64,000 bases of DNA from Octopus vulgaris (lineage: Eukaryota): NCBI GenBank assembly GCA_951406725.2, contig OX597819.1, positions 17,236,001-17,300,000 on the forward strand. Direction: 5' to 3'. The position numbers were made by a program, and so were the translations under genes. The notes below the pieces were generated by a model. That model saw only the letters and a program-made list of their open reading frames with translations, was not told where the DNA came from and made no database searches. Below, piece after piece: positions 1-14,679 of this stretch. Numbering within the stretch: position 1 is the stretch's first letter; every line of letters begins with the position of its first letter.

Positions 1-147
1 GACTGAGTTGGCATTTTTATCGATTTCCAAGGAATGAAAAGTAAAGTTAACCTCAGAGGGATTTGAAGTTAGAGGGCAAAGAGGTGGAACGAATACCACA
101 AGGTATTCAACCCGATATTCGTAGCGACTCTACCATCATGCCACCAT
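1..147 (-). mobile_element. Degenerate SINE family A fragment
   Basis: Diverged match to the reverse complement of the family A body (ttttatcga..ggaatgaaaagtaaagttaacctc..gatttgaa). Confidence 0.55.
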
Positions 148-402
148 TTGTGTGTGTGTATGTGTGTGTGTGTGCGAGTGAGAAAGTGATGGTGTGTTTG
201 TGTGTTATTATGCAGGTGGAATTATGCGCAGTTTGGTCATGTGATAGTATCTCGTAGTTGTGTGGTGGTGGTGGTGGATGGTATGATGATGGTGCTTATA
301 ATCTGAGATGGTTTGATGTATATAATGTGATGGTATGTTGGTGTGCTGGAGATTATTAATGTTGGAACTGTTGCCATCGCACAGAAAGATATATGTTGGA
401 GT

Positions 403-439
<37 letters not shown>

Positions 440-759
440 TGGGGTGGAGGAAGCGGCGAGGAGGCAACAACAATTTCGGGTGGAACAAGGTATATCTTGT
501 GCAGAGTAGGTGGCGATGGTGGGGGTTCGTGGGAGAGAGGCTGAGAGGATGTAAAGGAAATAGATCTGAGAGGATGGGATAAGTAGAGATGCTGAGCAGC
601 TTGATGGAAGATAAACATAGACAAAAGAGGAAACAATAGAACGATGTCTGAGAAGGTGGCTTTATGATCGAGTGGAGAGGATACGTAGGTATATAATATA
701 CCTATGTGTATGTATATATTATATATGTATATATATATATATGTTTGCCTCTGTGCGCA

Positions 760-790
<31 letters not shown>

Positions 791-964
791 CTATTAGATG
801 TATGTGATTGCACACGTATACAAGCAGAGGAGGATGAAAGAGTGCGTGTGTATGTACGTAAATACTTATATACATATATGCACATACATGTGCGTGTATA
901 TATATGTATATAATGTACCTGCATGTTTGTGGCATTATGCACGTGATATGTGTATATGTATTTA

Positions 965-1001
<37 letters not shown>

Positions 1002-1027
1002 GCACCAGATATGTGTATATGTATTTA

Positions 1028-1068
<41 letters not shown>

Positions 1069-1078
1069 GACGCACAGA

Positions 1079-1114
<36 letters not shown>

Positions 1115-1115
<1 letters not shown>

Positions 1116-1282
1116 CGCAGGAGTGGCTGTGTGGTAAGTAGCTTGTTTACCAACCACATGGTTCCGGATTCAGTCCCACTGCGCGGTGGCACCTTGGGCA
1201 AGTGTCTTCTACTATAGCCTCGGGCCGACCAAAGCCTTGTGAGTGAATTTGGTAGACGGAAATTGAAAAGAAACCCGTTGTA

Positions 1283-1346
<64 letters not shown>

Positions 1347-1558
1347 TGTGTGTGTCTGTGTTTGTCTCCTAGCATTGCTTGACAACCGATGCTGGTGTGT
1401 TTATGTCTCCGTTACTTAGCGGTTCGGCAAAAGAAACCGATAGAATAAGTACTGGGCTTACAAAAGAATAAGTCCCGGGGTCGAGTTGCTCGATTAAAGG
1501 CGGTGCTCGCAGGGCCGCAGTCAAATGACTGAAACATGTAAAAGAGAAAGAGTAAGAG
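1115..1558 (+). mobile_element. tRNA-derived SINE family B, full length, with internal (TA)n
   Basis: A-box TGGCTGTGTGG, B-box-like GATTCAGTCCC, CORE-like CCTTGGGCAAG, tail ggcggtgctc..ggccgcagtcaaatgactgaaac; about 11 homologous copies in the window. Confidence 0.9.
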
Positions 1559-1584
1559 AATATATATATGCAGACACAGAAGAT

Positions 1585-1864
1585 CTTCGTCGGTTACGAC
1601 GACGAGGGTCCCAGCTGATCTGATCAACGGAACAGCCTGCTCGTGAAATTAACGTGCAAGTGGTTGAGCACTCCACGGACACGTGTACCCTAAACATAGT
1701 TTTCAGGGAGATTCAGAGTGACATAGAGTCTGAAAAGGTTGGCTGAGTGGACTAGAGCAACGGGAAATAAAGTGTCTTGCTCAAGGACACAGCGCGTCAC
1801 CGGGAATTAAACTCACGAGCTTACGATCGAGAGCCGAATATCCAAGCCACTAAGCCACGTGCCT
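1585..1864 (-). mobile_element. tRNA-derived SINE family D
   Basis: Reverse complement matches the 39725-40048 copy (TGGCTTAGTGG head, CCTTGAGCAAGACACTT, tail ..gtcgtcgtaaccgacg). Confidence 0.85.
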
Positions 1865-2413
1865 GTGTATGTGTGTGAGTGTGTATGTGCGTGTGCGCGC
1901 GGCCATGTACCCATCAGCATATTTTACTGAGTATATTTTGGAAATAACGTAGACTGTACCAGCCAAATTCGACCTTGATTGATCATGATGTCGAGGTTTA
2001 AATTTCCTATTTATAGAATTGATAGGCAGCCGAATATGTCCATAGAATCTATTCTAAATATTAAATATTGAAACGAGGTGAAACAATTCCTTTGAGCCTT
2101 GAAGGCCATCACAAATTGGTGGTGTTGTTATTGTTTTGCCCAAAGTCTATCTTGACTAAAATTTCCAAACCACTCCAACGCGTTACCGAGTATTGTGTAT
2201 CTAGGACTACATGATCAGATCTGTCCATCACTTTTGAAGGAAGTAGAGTATAATCTGAAAGGAACTTAGCTGCTGTTTCTAGTGTGTTTATCAACTAGCT
2301 CGTTTTTGACCTGATATTTCATGCAATGATGTTGATGTCATTGATGTTGAGATTATAAATCTATGCCATTATTTCTCGATGTTGCATCTGTGGATCATTG
2401 TTGATTCGTGCTG

Positions 2414-2527
2414 TAAGGCGGGGACTTGTTAGAGCGTCGATAAAATATGCCTTGCAATCATTGTTACAACTCGACTCTATAAGTTCCAAGTTCAAATCCC
2501 GCTGAGATCAACTTTGCCTTTCATCTA
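2414..2527 (+). mobile_element. Degenerate SINE family A fragment
   Basis: aaggcgg..agttcaaatcccgctgagatcaactttgcctttcatc resembles the family A B-box and body. Confidence 0.55.
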
Positions 2528-2885
2528 TCTCCTCAATAAATTATCTATCTAAAGTCTATCTATCAAACATCTATCTATCTTCAAAACTACCTTTTGATGT
2601 CGTTTGTCTTACAAATGGTCAGCTTCAGTGTTAGTGGGTTGTGTTCGCCCCACACTGGTTTAAGTTGCTAGCTAAGCAGATATTCCGCTTCTCTATTGGC
2701 TAACGTTCAGTGCCAAACCGAGATTTCTTTATGTTAAAGAGCTCTACAGTATAAATAGTAATTAAATATAGTATAAATAGCTAAGATATTTTATAGTATT
2801 TAATTATACATAATGCGCTTATAATTGCGGCCTAACAGGAAAGAATACTTGAGTAGAGCTACATCTATCTGTCTATCTATCTATC

Positions 2886-3782
2886 TCGGGCCAGGGCCCA
2901 TGGACAACTTCCAGAGATCCCTGGCCTGGCAGTGCTACCGAGAAGCGATACCCGTTCGGGATAAGCTCTACAGACACGGCTCGAGAAACACGGGGCCGAC
3001 CTGCCCGAGATGCGGTCAGAGCGACGAAACCGTTCTGCACGCACTCGTGCAGTGTCCAACAATTTCCGACCTGTGGGCTTGAGTCGAACAACTGCTGTCA
3101 CGTGTGGGACGAATCGGTTTATCAGCTGAGTCTATCGTCAATATTGTCACGCCTCCCTCCTTCAAACGGGAAGGAAGAGCTATTTTCATCATCCTTGTGG
3201 CTATGGCGAAAGAATGTATCTGGTGGACGCGTCTGAAAGGATTGGAGACAAACACTTTCCTCTCTGGGCAATCTCTCATCAACTTCTTCAAGTACCACTT
3301 GAAAAGGAAAGTGAGAGTAGAGAGGCAAGTTTTGTCTAGCGAATGTTTTAAAAAAGATGGGTGAATGTAGCAAGAATGGCACGTATGAATGACGAAGCCA
3401 CCTTGAGCATGATCCTATGAACCCAGAAATTGAAAACAGAGAGTTGCTTATTCGCAAAAAAAAAAAGAAAGAAATATAACATGTGACTCCATTGACCGAG
3501 GTTACCGTGGTCTTTTCCGTAGGCTTTTCTTTCCATGGATAAACCTCACCTGTCCTCCCCTTTACACTTCATATTGACATTTCTGTGATAACGATCCCTA
3601 TTGATCAAATTTTTTTTCCTCTCCCCTTTTTTTAACCCCCTTTTTTGTCCTCTTTCTCTCCTTTTACGATCCCTTTTGATCGAAACTCCCCCTTTTTTTT
3701 TTTTTTTTAAACCTTCAAAAGAAAAGCTCTACCTTGTAATTTGTTCTATCTGTGTGCAGCCCTGTGTGGCTAATAAAGAAAC
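2886..3782 (+). mobile_element. 5'-truncated Tx1/L1-clade non-LTR retrotransposon, copy 1 (zf-RVT region and 3'UTR)
   Basis: Encodes CPRCGQSDETVLHALVQC (zf-RVT CCHC knuckle) and AKECIWWTR; internal stop at 3080 and a frameshift near 3350; T-rich 3'UTR ending AATAAAGAAAC; (TATC)n on both sides. Confidence 0.88.
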
Positions 3783-4211
<429 letters not shown>

Positions 4212-4212
<1 letters not shown>

Positions 4213-5492
4213 GTCAACACCCGTTAAAAGGAGGACTGGGCATGCCGTGGTTGATGATGCGCAGACACGCACTGAGACTGCGACATCTCAGGCTTTTCGT
4301 AGACGACGGTGAACAGGTGTGGTCGCCGTTTGTGAGGCACGCTTTCCCGCAGCTAGTCTCCATGACCGAACTGCAGTCGTGGATCAAAAAGAGGCCGAGG
4401 AAGGGCGAATGGCACCACGAGTGTCGCGTTGCTCTCAAGCAACTTTGCCGTCCCGGGTCGACCCTGAGTGACTCCATCACAACCCAAGCATTCTATAGGG
4501 GATAAGTGGAGGGGAGGTACGACGACGAGCTTGGGACGAACCTGGACGTCGACGAGGAATACCTGACCCGCCTGTTCGGGACGACTTTCGGGCCAGGGCC
4601 CATGGACAACTTCCAGAGATCCCTGGCCTGGCAGTGCTACCGAGAAGCGATACCCGTTCGGGATAAGCTCTACAGACACGGCTCGAGAAACACGGGGCCG
4701 ACCTGCCCGAGATGCGGTCAGATCGACGAAACCGTTCTGCACGCACTCATGCAGTGTCCAACAATTTCCAACCTGTGGGCTTATGTCGAACAATTGCTGT
4801 CACGAGTGGGACGAGTCGGTTTATCAGCTGAGTCTATCGTCAATATTTTCACGCCTCCTTCCTTCAAACGGGAAGGAAGAGCTATTTTCATCATCCTTGG
4901 GGCTATGGCAAAATAATGTATCTGGTGGACGCGTCTGAAAGGATTGGAGACAAACACTTTCCTCTCTGGGCAATCTCTCATCAACTTCTTCAAGTACCAC
5001 TTGAAAAGGAAAGTGAGAGTAGAGAGGCAAGTTTTGTCTAGCAAATGTTTTAAAAAAAGATGGGTGAATGTAGCAAGGATGGCACGTATGAATGACGAAG
5101 CCACCTTGAGCATAATCCTATGAACCCAGAAATTGAAAACAGAGGGTTACCCACTTGCAAACAAATGTGGTAACATATAACAATATTGACCGATTTTACC
5201 GTGGTCTTTTTCGTAGGCTTTTCTTCTCACGGATAAACCTTATCTGTTTCCCCCTTTACACCGTACATCATGACACTGTGATACATGATCCCTATTCATC
5301 GTTTTTTCCCTCTTTTTTCTTCTTTTTCTTTTTTTCCTTTCCTTTGTTTCTTTTCCTTTTTTTTCTTTTTCCCTTTTACGATCCCTTTTGATCGAACACC
5401 TACGCCACTTTTTTTTTTCATTCCCCAAAAGAAAAGCTCTACCTTGTAATTTGTCCCATCTGTGTGTAGCCCTGTGTGGCCAATAAAGAAAC
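4212..5492 (+). mobile_element. 5'-truncated Tx1/L1-clade non-LTR retrotransposon, copy 2
   Basis: [12 protein letters not shown] (PxxxGGLG motif after RT) through CPRCGQIDETVLHALMQC; stops at 4503 and 4914; near-identical to copy 1 over the coding part with the same 3' end; followed by (TATC)n. Confidence 0.9.
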
Positions 5493-5493
5493 G

Positions 5494-5610
<117 letters not shown>

Positions 5611-6253
5611 GCCTGTCTCGCTATCTATATAAATTATAATAAAATATATTATATTATATTACACACACATACACACACACATATATACACACACGCATGC
5701 ATACATTCACACACGTATAAGTATTAATGATATCTGTTCAAAGGAATGTATCTTGGGGCCACTTTGATGTGAACTTAAGTCTGATCTCATTTCTGCACAA
5801 AAGCAGAGTATTCACGAGATAACACCGAGAAGTCCTTTAAATGCCTCACGGCAAATGTAGGTGCACCTACGTGCTCGCTCCTACCGCGACCTTTTTGTTG
5901 AATGACTCTTAATCGGACGATTTTTTAAAAATCGAAACGACAATTTTACCCAAACGGCTTCTCATCGATCGGCCAAAGAAGCAATTTTCCTATATTTTTC
6001 AAAGGCTGGTTTTTGTAGTAGTACTATTTCGTAAAATATTTATAACTATAGAACAATTTGAAATATAGACTAATCTATCATATAAAACGACGGATATAGA
6101 TTGGAGATATTGACTAAATGTCAATAGATAGCAGTTAGCTAGTATGAATCAAAACAAATTTACATCGGTAAATTTCATAAAAATATTGTTTTGTAAAATA
6201 ATTATAACTAATGAACAATTTCAAGTATAGAATTAGTTTTCTTTTATATAAAA

Positions 6254-6653
6254 CTAGCCGTATCGCCCAGCGTTGCTCGGGTTTGTAAGGGAGATAACTA
6301 TATAAGCATTTTTAGAGAGTTATAGCCAAAAAATAGCAAAAAATGCATTAAAAATGGAAAAAAAATAATAGTAAATTTTTTTTTAAATCGTTGACTCATC
6401 GTAGACATTTTTAGAGAGTTACTTCCCTTATATAATAGCGAAAAAATGCATTAAAATGGGAAAAAATGATGGTAAATTTTTTTTTAAATCGTAGACTCAT
6501 CGTAGACGCGCGCTAATACCCAGAAGGGCTCGATATGAATCACGACTATAAGATACCCGGTTTTGGTTAAACTGCACCGCAAAATGTGGGAGTAGTTAGG
6601 AATCTAAATCGTAGGAGACAGGCAGCACACAACTTGACTTTTATATATAAAGA
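6254..6653 (-). mobile_element. Non-autonomous Helitron
   Basis: Minus strand starts TCTTTATATATAAAA and ends with hairpin CCCGAGCAACGCTGGG plus CTAG; inserted between A and T with no TSD; internal subrepeats. Confidence 0.88.
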
Positions 6654-6759
6654 TAAAAAAACAAAAACAAAACTCAATTTTAAAAAAGGAAGATTTAAAC
6701 ATTTTATTACTTATTCCGCTTTTATAAGATGGCAGATAACCGTTTCATCATTATCGTCT

Positions 6760-7110
6760 AACATTCACTTACATGCACATTTGTTTAAAACTTTCTAATC
6801 TCTTTATTTTTCTGGAGGGCGATCAACACCACCAACTCAGTTGTTGGATAACGTCCTCGTTTGCACCTTGCTAGTATTTCATTTATTGTACGTGTTTACG
6901 TAATGTCGGATCAGTAATGTCAATACGTTTGGCAAATGCGTTGTGCCAAAACTTCAATAGTATTTTTAGTATGTGGCAAATTATTTTGCACGCATTCAAA
7001 TACATTCCAACACCATACTGGCAATCTGGTTGTCGATGTCTTCCACATCTTACAGGCACGATCCACGTGGAGTCGAAATAGTCTTGGAACGCTTCAAGCA
7101 AATGTTTATC
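6760..7110 (-). pseudogene. MULE (Mutator-like) transposase remnant, C-terminal part
   Basis: FQDYFDSTWI..GRHRQP..WHNAFAKRIDITDPTLRK resembles the MULE DYF..TW / (T)NNxxExWHNAF motifs; frameshifted. Confidence 0.7.
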
Positions 7111-7900
7111 TTCGTCTGAATTTTACGATAACAACATTGACCGTAAAAAAACAGAAAGTAAACAAGGAAAAGAAAATAACCAGTATAAAATAAATACCGC
7201 ACGGAAGTGATTTGCAAAGGAGCCATTTGATGGAACCATTTGAAAGTCAATGGTGAGAGTCTCAATTGAAATAGGAGCTTTTTGTGTTCTAATAATTCTC
7301 AGAATTTCATTATAGGTTCATTTGGATTTTTAATGAGACAACAAAGAGACAATGTGAGATCTGTTTACAAGAGCACGAATAGTACATAACCGATGACCAG
7401 CTGGAGCACTATAAAATGTTCCATAACGAAACCAATCAATTTCGAAAAAGTTTCGATTTTTGGGGGATATAAAAATGAAAATCCCATTTCCCCATCCTCT
7501 CTCAATCCCTTATTTTATGTGATATGTATATAAGACAATCACTTCCAGAATCATCTGGATCTCGTTGAATCATCAGTATCAAGGTTTTTCATGCTCCATT
7601 GCATGTTGGATTTGGTGCATGATTGCGGTCGGATGGTTAAATCAAAAATATATTTTTGTCACTAAACATTCGACCTTCGAAACGGAAAATGTTAAATTCT
7701 GACTTTATTACTACAGAATTCGTCCACTGAAAATAAGGAACATGCTCCTATTTACCTTTTTAATCGTTTCACATTCTTGCTTTCGTGCCACTACTTGATC
7801 TTGCATGAAGATTAGAAGAACTTGAGTGACGAAAACGAACTTTCGATTGAGGATATAAAACAATATTGAATATACAAAAATACTTTAAAACATATTTCTT

Positions 7901-7963
<63 letters not shown>

Positions 7964-7972
7964 GTCTATCTA

Positions 7973-8013
<41 letters not shown>

Positions 8014-8056
8014 TCGTCTATCTGTCTGTTTGTCTGTCTGTCTGCCTGTTTATCTA

Positions 8057-8088
<32 letters not shown>

Positions 8089-8116
8089 TCTATCTATCAA
8101 TCTATCTATCTATCTA

Positions 8117-8164
<48 letters not shown>

Positions 8165-8240
8165 TCTGTCTGTCTGTCTATCTGTCTGTCTGTCTGTCTG
8201 TCTATCTGTCTATCTATCTATCTATCTATCCATCTATCAT
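7901..8240. repeat. (TATC)/(TGTC)n microsatellite
   Basis: Direct reading. Confidence 0.97.
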
Positions 8241-8641
8241 TCTATCTCCTCTCTCCCCTTTTCTCTCTCTCTATGCATGTATACATACATACATACATAC
8301 ATGCATACATACATATAACAATGCATACATACATACATGCATACAAATCGCGGGGCTGACCCTACTGCATAGCATCTTGAATAAGTATCTTTTACTCGTG
8401 CATCTGATCGAATCAAACCTCGAGAATGAAGCTGGGTTTGTGGGAAATGGGGCCAAACACTTCGGATCGATTGCGACTGTCAGTCACAAGCGTAATTCTG
8501 TCACACGTGACGCAGTGTATCACGGCGGTATTGTCTTTAGTTTACCTCAATAGTACACCTGTCTGTGGAATTCTCCGTTTCTTCCATACAAATTCAGTGA
8601 GCAAGTAATTCACATATGTGTATGTATATGTGCGTGTATGT

Positions 8642-8687
<46 letters not shown>

Positions 8688-8829
8688 GCATTTATGGTAT
8701 GTACGTTTTTAACACACATTTCTATAATAAAAGTAAAGCGACAAAAAGAAATTATTTCGATGATTCTATTGAGAAGAAAACAAGATAGACCAACTGTCGA
8801 GTGTATAAATTGTATTTGTTGTCAGTGTT

Positions 8830-10480
8830 TTCACTAAAAGATGATCTTTGAATTCTTTTAACGTTGACGAAAGTTTCAATGTTTGCTGTGGTACTTGAAA
8901 GTGCACAACGAATATCGTTTTAAACTGTAAGAAGATTCTCTGTTTGGATTTAATTTGCATGAAGCATGGAAAACCACTTTCACACATGTAAGTTGATGCA
9001 AATGGCAGAAGACATCTTAATGCATGCGTTGAGAGATTTTTGTATTACGCTTATATACATGCTCGCCAAAAACATTTCACTGCAGTGGAATGCTTGAGCA
9101 AATGATTGAGCAGCGGTCATATTTGAAGTAAAAGTATATCTGGTGATGGATTACTCATTCATTATCATGTCCAAAGCCGGGAAATCATATTTGATTTCAT
9201 CAAAGAGTTTGTTTTTCCTTTTAATGTTGATTTCATTTCGAATACACTCCGTTTTTTTTTTCTTTTCTAGACATTGCATTATGACATGACGTTTGAACGA
9301 AATTTATATCTTCATATCGCAGAATGCAGAATTTGAACATTTCAAGAAACGCTCTGATTACGCCTTGATAAAAGACCAAATTTGCACCTTTTCCTTGTAA
9401 CTGAATATTCAGCCTGTTTAAAACTCCGAATATAGCCACTGGATTTGGAAGTTCCACACTTTCAGTGATTTAGGATCTTTTAGTATTCATTTTGATTTTA
9501 GTCGTGGAGTAATGACTCCCGTTATTGCTTCAATTTGAAAGCCTGACTGGCTACTTTTACTGGTGACAACCAGCGAGCAAAAGTTTATAACAACAACATA
9601 ACCAAATCAGAATCCATGTTTAGTCTTGTCGAAGGTGTTTGAAGAGTTTAGTATTAGAAGCCGATGATTCGACACATTTGATCACCATAACCAAGTGGCT
9701 GTTTTCAGTTTTTTGCGTTTTATTTTTGGTGTCTATCCTCTAATTTAAATAAAAGAATGAAGACAGCGTAACACTGAAGTATGCTCTTCCATTAATGTAT
9801 CCAGTATGACAGATGTACCATCAAATCTAACACCAACAAGATTATTCCGTTTGAGACAATCCACTTAAGTTGTAATGTTAACTATTTCCAACATAGCCTG
9901 AGTTTTTGTTGGCATTTATATAGTCTCACAAAATCTCCGTCAAAGTCATATAAACACTACTAGTCGGCAGGGCATTGAAACATCAAACGATTTGATCACC
10001 TGTCTGGTCGGAGACTTCACTTACAGCCTAGTGACATAAGTTTCCTGGCATTTGTAGGAATCTATCGTGTCGTTGGTGATAGACACATTGACTTCCTTGC
10101 TGCTACTTTTTCACCAACAGCATACAACTTCATTTCTTTTGGACAGAGTAAAATAAGTTATTCTACAATTAAATGACGTTTCTTGGCTTATAGGAGGCAT
10201 GCCTAACGTTACTTGACCTTTCTTTAAATGTCTCTTTTGTGTTGAGGCGTTGCCGCCTCAGAGATAACAATTATCGTTAGAGATAATCAGTCTTTAAAAA
10301 ACTAAGTTAGAGCGATACTTTCCAGATGTGATTCGAATTTATTTTGTTTCAGGGAACAAATTGCCTCAAATATTAAAACAAGTCACATTTTGTAGAACAT
10401 CCATTCAGCCCTCTTTTTTCTTGATAAATAAATCTAATTCTTATGAACTTCAGAATATTTCCGTCTAACGCGTCTTGTCG
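8830..10480 (-). pseudogene. hAT (Charlie/ZBED8-like) transposase remnant
   Basis: Ordered motifs on minus: AKKRHLIVE.LI, LVGVRFDGTSVIL (catalytic DG), ARWLS, IFGVLNRLNIQLQG, TYMCESGF..IKSKQR (dimerisation domain); many stops and frameshifts. Confidence 0.85.
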
Positions 10481-10505
10481 TTATTGCCATTATTTCAGAC
10501 CAATT

Positions 10506-10980
10506 AAGGCAGCAATGTAACTGAATCGTAAGCGCATCGAACAAAATGCTTGGCGGCATTCTTTCCGAAAAGGTGGCGAGCTGGCAGAAACGTTAGCACG
10601 CCGGATGAAATGCTCAGCGGTATTTCGTCTGCGTTACGTTGTGAGTTCAAATTCCGCCGAGGTCGACTTTGCCTTTCATCCTTTCGGGGTCGATAAATTA
10701 AGTACCAGTTACGTACTGGGGTCGATGTAATCGACTTAATACCTATGTCTGTTCTTGTTTGTCCCCTCTGTGTTTAGCCCCTTGTGGGTAATAAAGAAAA
10801 AGGCATTCTTTCTGACACTTTACATTTTGAGTTCAAATACTGCCTAGGTCATCATTGCCTTTCATAATTTTGTGAGCGATAAAATAATGTACCAGTGAAA
10901 TACTAGGTCGATGTCGTTGACCAACCCCTCCTTTCAAAAATTCAGGCACTGGAAACAGTTGTTTCGTGTGTAGAAACTAT
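10506..10980 (+). mobile_element. Old SINE family A copy (A2-type tail) interrupted by a young A1 copy
   Basis: Head at 10506-10565 resumes at 10802 and runs to tail ccaacccctcc..aaaaattcaggcac..gtagaaa. Confidence 0.75.
10569..10801 (+). mobile_element. SINE family A1 with 11-bp TSD
   Basis: B-box GAGTTCAAATTCC; TSD GGCATTCTTTC at 10555-10565 and 10802-10812. Confidence 0.92.
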
Positions 10981-11408
10981 GTAACAAAGTAGACAATTAG
11001 CAAAAAAATATTCGTAACGATCTAATCTATTTATCGACATAATGATTTGCAAATTAGCAATTAAATATATCTTGTAAATAAAATTTGATGAAACATGACA
11101 GTTTAAAGATTTAAAAATGCTCCCCCCTGCTCCCACACAGAAGGAAATAGTTGAATACTGAACCATCCTATAAGCTCAAACAAACAAAATGATAAACGTT
11201 TTATTGGAATTTCCGATCACCAGCATGAGAAACAATCCACCGATGCATTGTTTGAGCCTTATAAACAACGACAACAATAACTTTAATAGGTTTAAATATT
11301 TGTAACAAAGTACTTACAATAAAGACAGGCATACTAACTGTTCAGTACTTTGGAAAGTAACGCATCAAATTGTAAGATTGTGCAATATGATGGTAGCGTA
11401 GTTGAGTT

Positions 11409-11643
11409 AAAGGTGGCGAGCTGGCAGAAACGTTAGCACGCCGGGCGAAATGCGTAGCCGTATTTCGTCTGCCGTTACGTTCTGAGTTCAAATTCCGCCG
11501 AGGTCGACTTTGCCTTTCATCCTTTCAGGGTCGACAAATTAAGTACCAGTTACGCACTGGGGTCGATATAATCGACTTAATCCGTTTGTCCGTCTTTGTT
11601 TGTCCCCCTTTGTGTGTAGCCCCTTGTGGGTAGTAAAGAAATA
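11409..11643 (+). mobile_element. SINE family A1 with 17-bp TSD
   Basis: TSD GGTAGCGTAGTTGAGTT at 11392-11408 and 11644-11660. Confidence 0.95.
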
Positions 11644-12563
11644 GGTAGCGTAGTTGAGTTGTTTCCAGAAATATTTAACTTGCCATTGTATTTCCCGATT
11701 TTTCTACAAAGTCCATGAATGAGACTTTCAGTATTCTAGTGTAGTTTCGTTGGTTCAGCGGTTTTATTGTTGAAAGTCTGGCTATTTAAATATACTGGTT
11801 CAAATCCCACGAAATAAATGTTCTTAATTTTCTCGTTCTACAAGTCGCGTATAATTACATTGAATTAAACTATTGGTAATAAATAACTGCAACCGAACCG
11901 TCTAAGTACACGTAATTTTGGAGTTCCAAAGACTTTAATCCTATCTTCTAGAAAAGTCGTTAGGGACGTCTAATAGTTATTCTACTAACCACTGAGATCC
12001 ACGCGCCCTGAGGGAATTTCTCATCTTGCTTTTATTTCATGTTTTTTTTTCCCCATTTATTGTATTCTATTTTTTACTAATTCCAAAATCAATACAAAGC
12101 AGAATGGCGGTACTGCTCACTGGGAACTAAAGCCTAGCGTGACTGATGCATTATGGGGGTACTTGATATGTTGGGTTACTATGGAAACGGTACATTATCT
12201 CTATCCTGTGATGTTAGTAGCCGGCTAAGCGATTATCCCTTTATTGGAGATTAAGTTGTGATTAAGATCGAATTGCAGTAAGGAGCCTGTTTGAGTGTGT
12301 TGGTTTTATATCATTGGTTGCTAAGTGACATCAGCAGAGGTTGACATGTATGTGTGGGTGCGTGTGTGTATAGGTGTGTGCGTGTGCGCGTGTGCGCGCG
12401 CGTGTATATGTGTGTGTGTGTGTGTGTGCGCAAAGAAACCTATTTATGCGTGCGTCTGTTAATGCATATGTGCGAAATTGCGAGTGAGCAAACATGGGAC
12501 TGAGTAACAACATGAATACGTGTGTGAGTGTATCTGTGTATTTGGGCGTATGTGCGCTGAAAC

Positions 12564-12657
<94 letters not shown>

Positions 12658-12659
12658 CT

Positions 12660-12828
12660 GTTTCTTTATTGCCCACAAGAGGCTAAACATAGAGGGCACA
12701 AACAAGGACAGACAAAGGGATTAAGTCGATTACATCGACCCCAGTGCGTAACTGGTACTTAATTTATCGACCCCGAAAGGATGAAAGGCAAAGTCGACCT
12801 CGGCGGAATTTGAACTTAGAACGCAACG
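12660..12828 (-). mobile_element. SINE family A1, 5'-truncated
   Basis: Reverse complement of the A1 body and tail ..cttgtgggcaataaagaaac. Confidence 0.88.
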
Positions 12829-13292
12829 ACACATATATATATCACAAGCACCACCAATGTAAAAAAAAACCTCTCAGATTTATCCACCCTGATAAGACTA
12901 CCAATGAAGACGATCATGCAATATCAGCATCTGTAATAAATGCAAAGAAGAAAGTATCACAAATGACGAACCTTCTGACGAGTTCAACCTTAAGGAGAAT
13001 GAAGGGCAACGTAGAATTAGGCTATTCACACTCAACAAGCATACCAAACATATATCCTCATCATCTATTCTCGAACGGATATCACTACGGTTTCGGCATC
13101 TCGGCAGTACCGTGTATGTATGTATGTATGTATGTATGTATGTATGTATGTATGTATGTATGTATGTATGTATGTATGTATGTATGTATGTATGTATGTA
13201 TGTATGTGTGTGTATATGTGTATGTATGTATGTATGTATGTATGTATGTATGTATGTATGTATGTATGTGTATATGTGTATGTATGTATGTA

Positions 13293-13592
13293 TTCTTTTA
13301 CTTGTTTCAGTCATTTGACTGCGGCCAGCCTGGAGCACCGCCTTTAGTCGAGCAAATCGACCCCAGGACCTATTCTTTGTAAGCCTAGTACTTATTCTAT
13401 CGGTTTCTTTTACCGAACCGCTAAGTTACTGGGGCGTCAACACACCAGCATCAGTTGTCAAGCGATGTTGGAGGGGGGGACAACGCACAGACACATAAAC
13501 ATGCACACTCATACATACATACATACCTACATACATACAATACATACATGCATGCAAACACACATACATACATGCATGCATATATATATATG

Positions 13593-13674
<82 letters not shown>

Positions 13675-13830
13675 ACAATCTTCTTTCAGTTTCCGTCTAC
13701 CAAATCCACTCACAAGGCCTTGGTGGACCCGAAGCTCTAATAGAAGACTCTTGCCGAAGGTTCTACGTAGTGGGACTGGACCCGGAACAATGTGGCTGGT
13801 AAGCAAGCTACTCACCACGCAGCCACTCCT
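13293..13830 (-). mobile_element. SINE family B
   Basis: Both halves match the 1115-1558 copy; internal microsatellite expanded. Confidence 0.88.
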
Positions 13831-13866
13831 ATGTATGTGTATACATACATACACACACACACACAC

Positions 13867-13897
<31 letters not shown>

Positions 13898-13909
13898 AAT
13901 ATATATATG

Positions 13910-13994
<85 letters not shown>

Positions 13995-14010
13995 GTACAT
14001 ATACATGCAT

Positions 14011-14177
14011 ATAGGGGTACAGGACACCAAAAGAAACGTCGAACACAATGAGAAACGAAAACATAAAAACCAAACGAAGGAAACGGACATTTTTTAAACA
14101 ACGGAAAAACAGATTACAAGACATACAACACAAGGAAAATTCCCCTTCTTCAGCCGCCTCTGCTTCGTCTACACCGT
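14011..14177 (-). mobile_element. Probable Penelope-like pLTR remnant in (TA)n
   Basis: Unique block between TA runs with CTGAAGAAGGGG on minus (a half hammerhead-like core); no complete fold seen. Confidence 0.35.
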
Positions 14178-14679
14178 ATATATATATATATCATATGAAT
14201 GTGTTTAGCTTGGTGGACGTGTGTCTTGTTCTTAGCTCAAGCAGCGCATTGTGTCCCTGAGCAAGACACGTTCTTTCGGACTGCACCGGTCTACCAAGCT
14301 GAAAATGACTTCCAGCCGAGCCGACTGTTGGAGCAGTGTCCTCTCTTTTTCTATCACACAAATCGTCGACGCTTCGCTGGGTCAAGAATGGGACAGGCTA
14401 GATCTGGCATTGATGTTCCGAGCTGCGGTCATGTACGTAGTTTGCAGTGTTGCTGATGTTTAAACCCTTGCTCAGACTTCTTCAAAGAGATTTACTGTCA
14501 AAAGTGTTCCAGCCAAAATCACTAAGTCATTTTTTACTTTTCAGATATTTTTTCAGTATGTAGGATTACATTATCGAATGCGGATAATGGGTGATTTGAA
14601 GCAGATTTAACTTCTGTTTCTAGCAGGTCAAGCGACCACCTCGAGGCTTCCACAATGATTTATTGTTGTTATGGTGTTG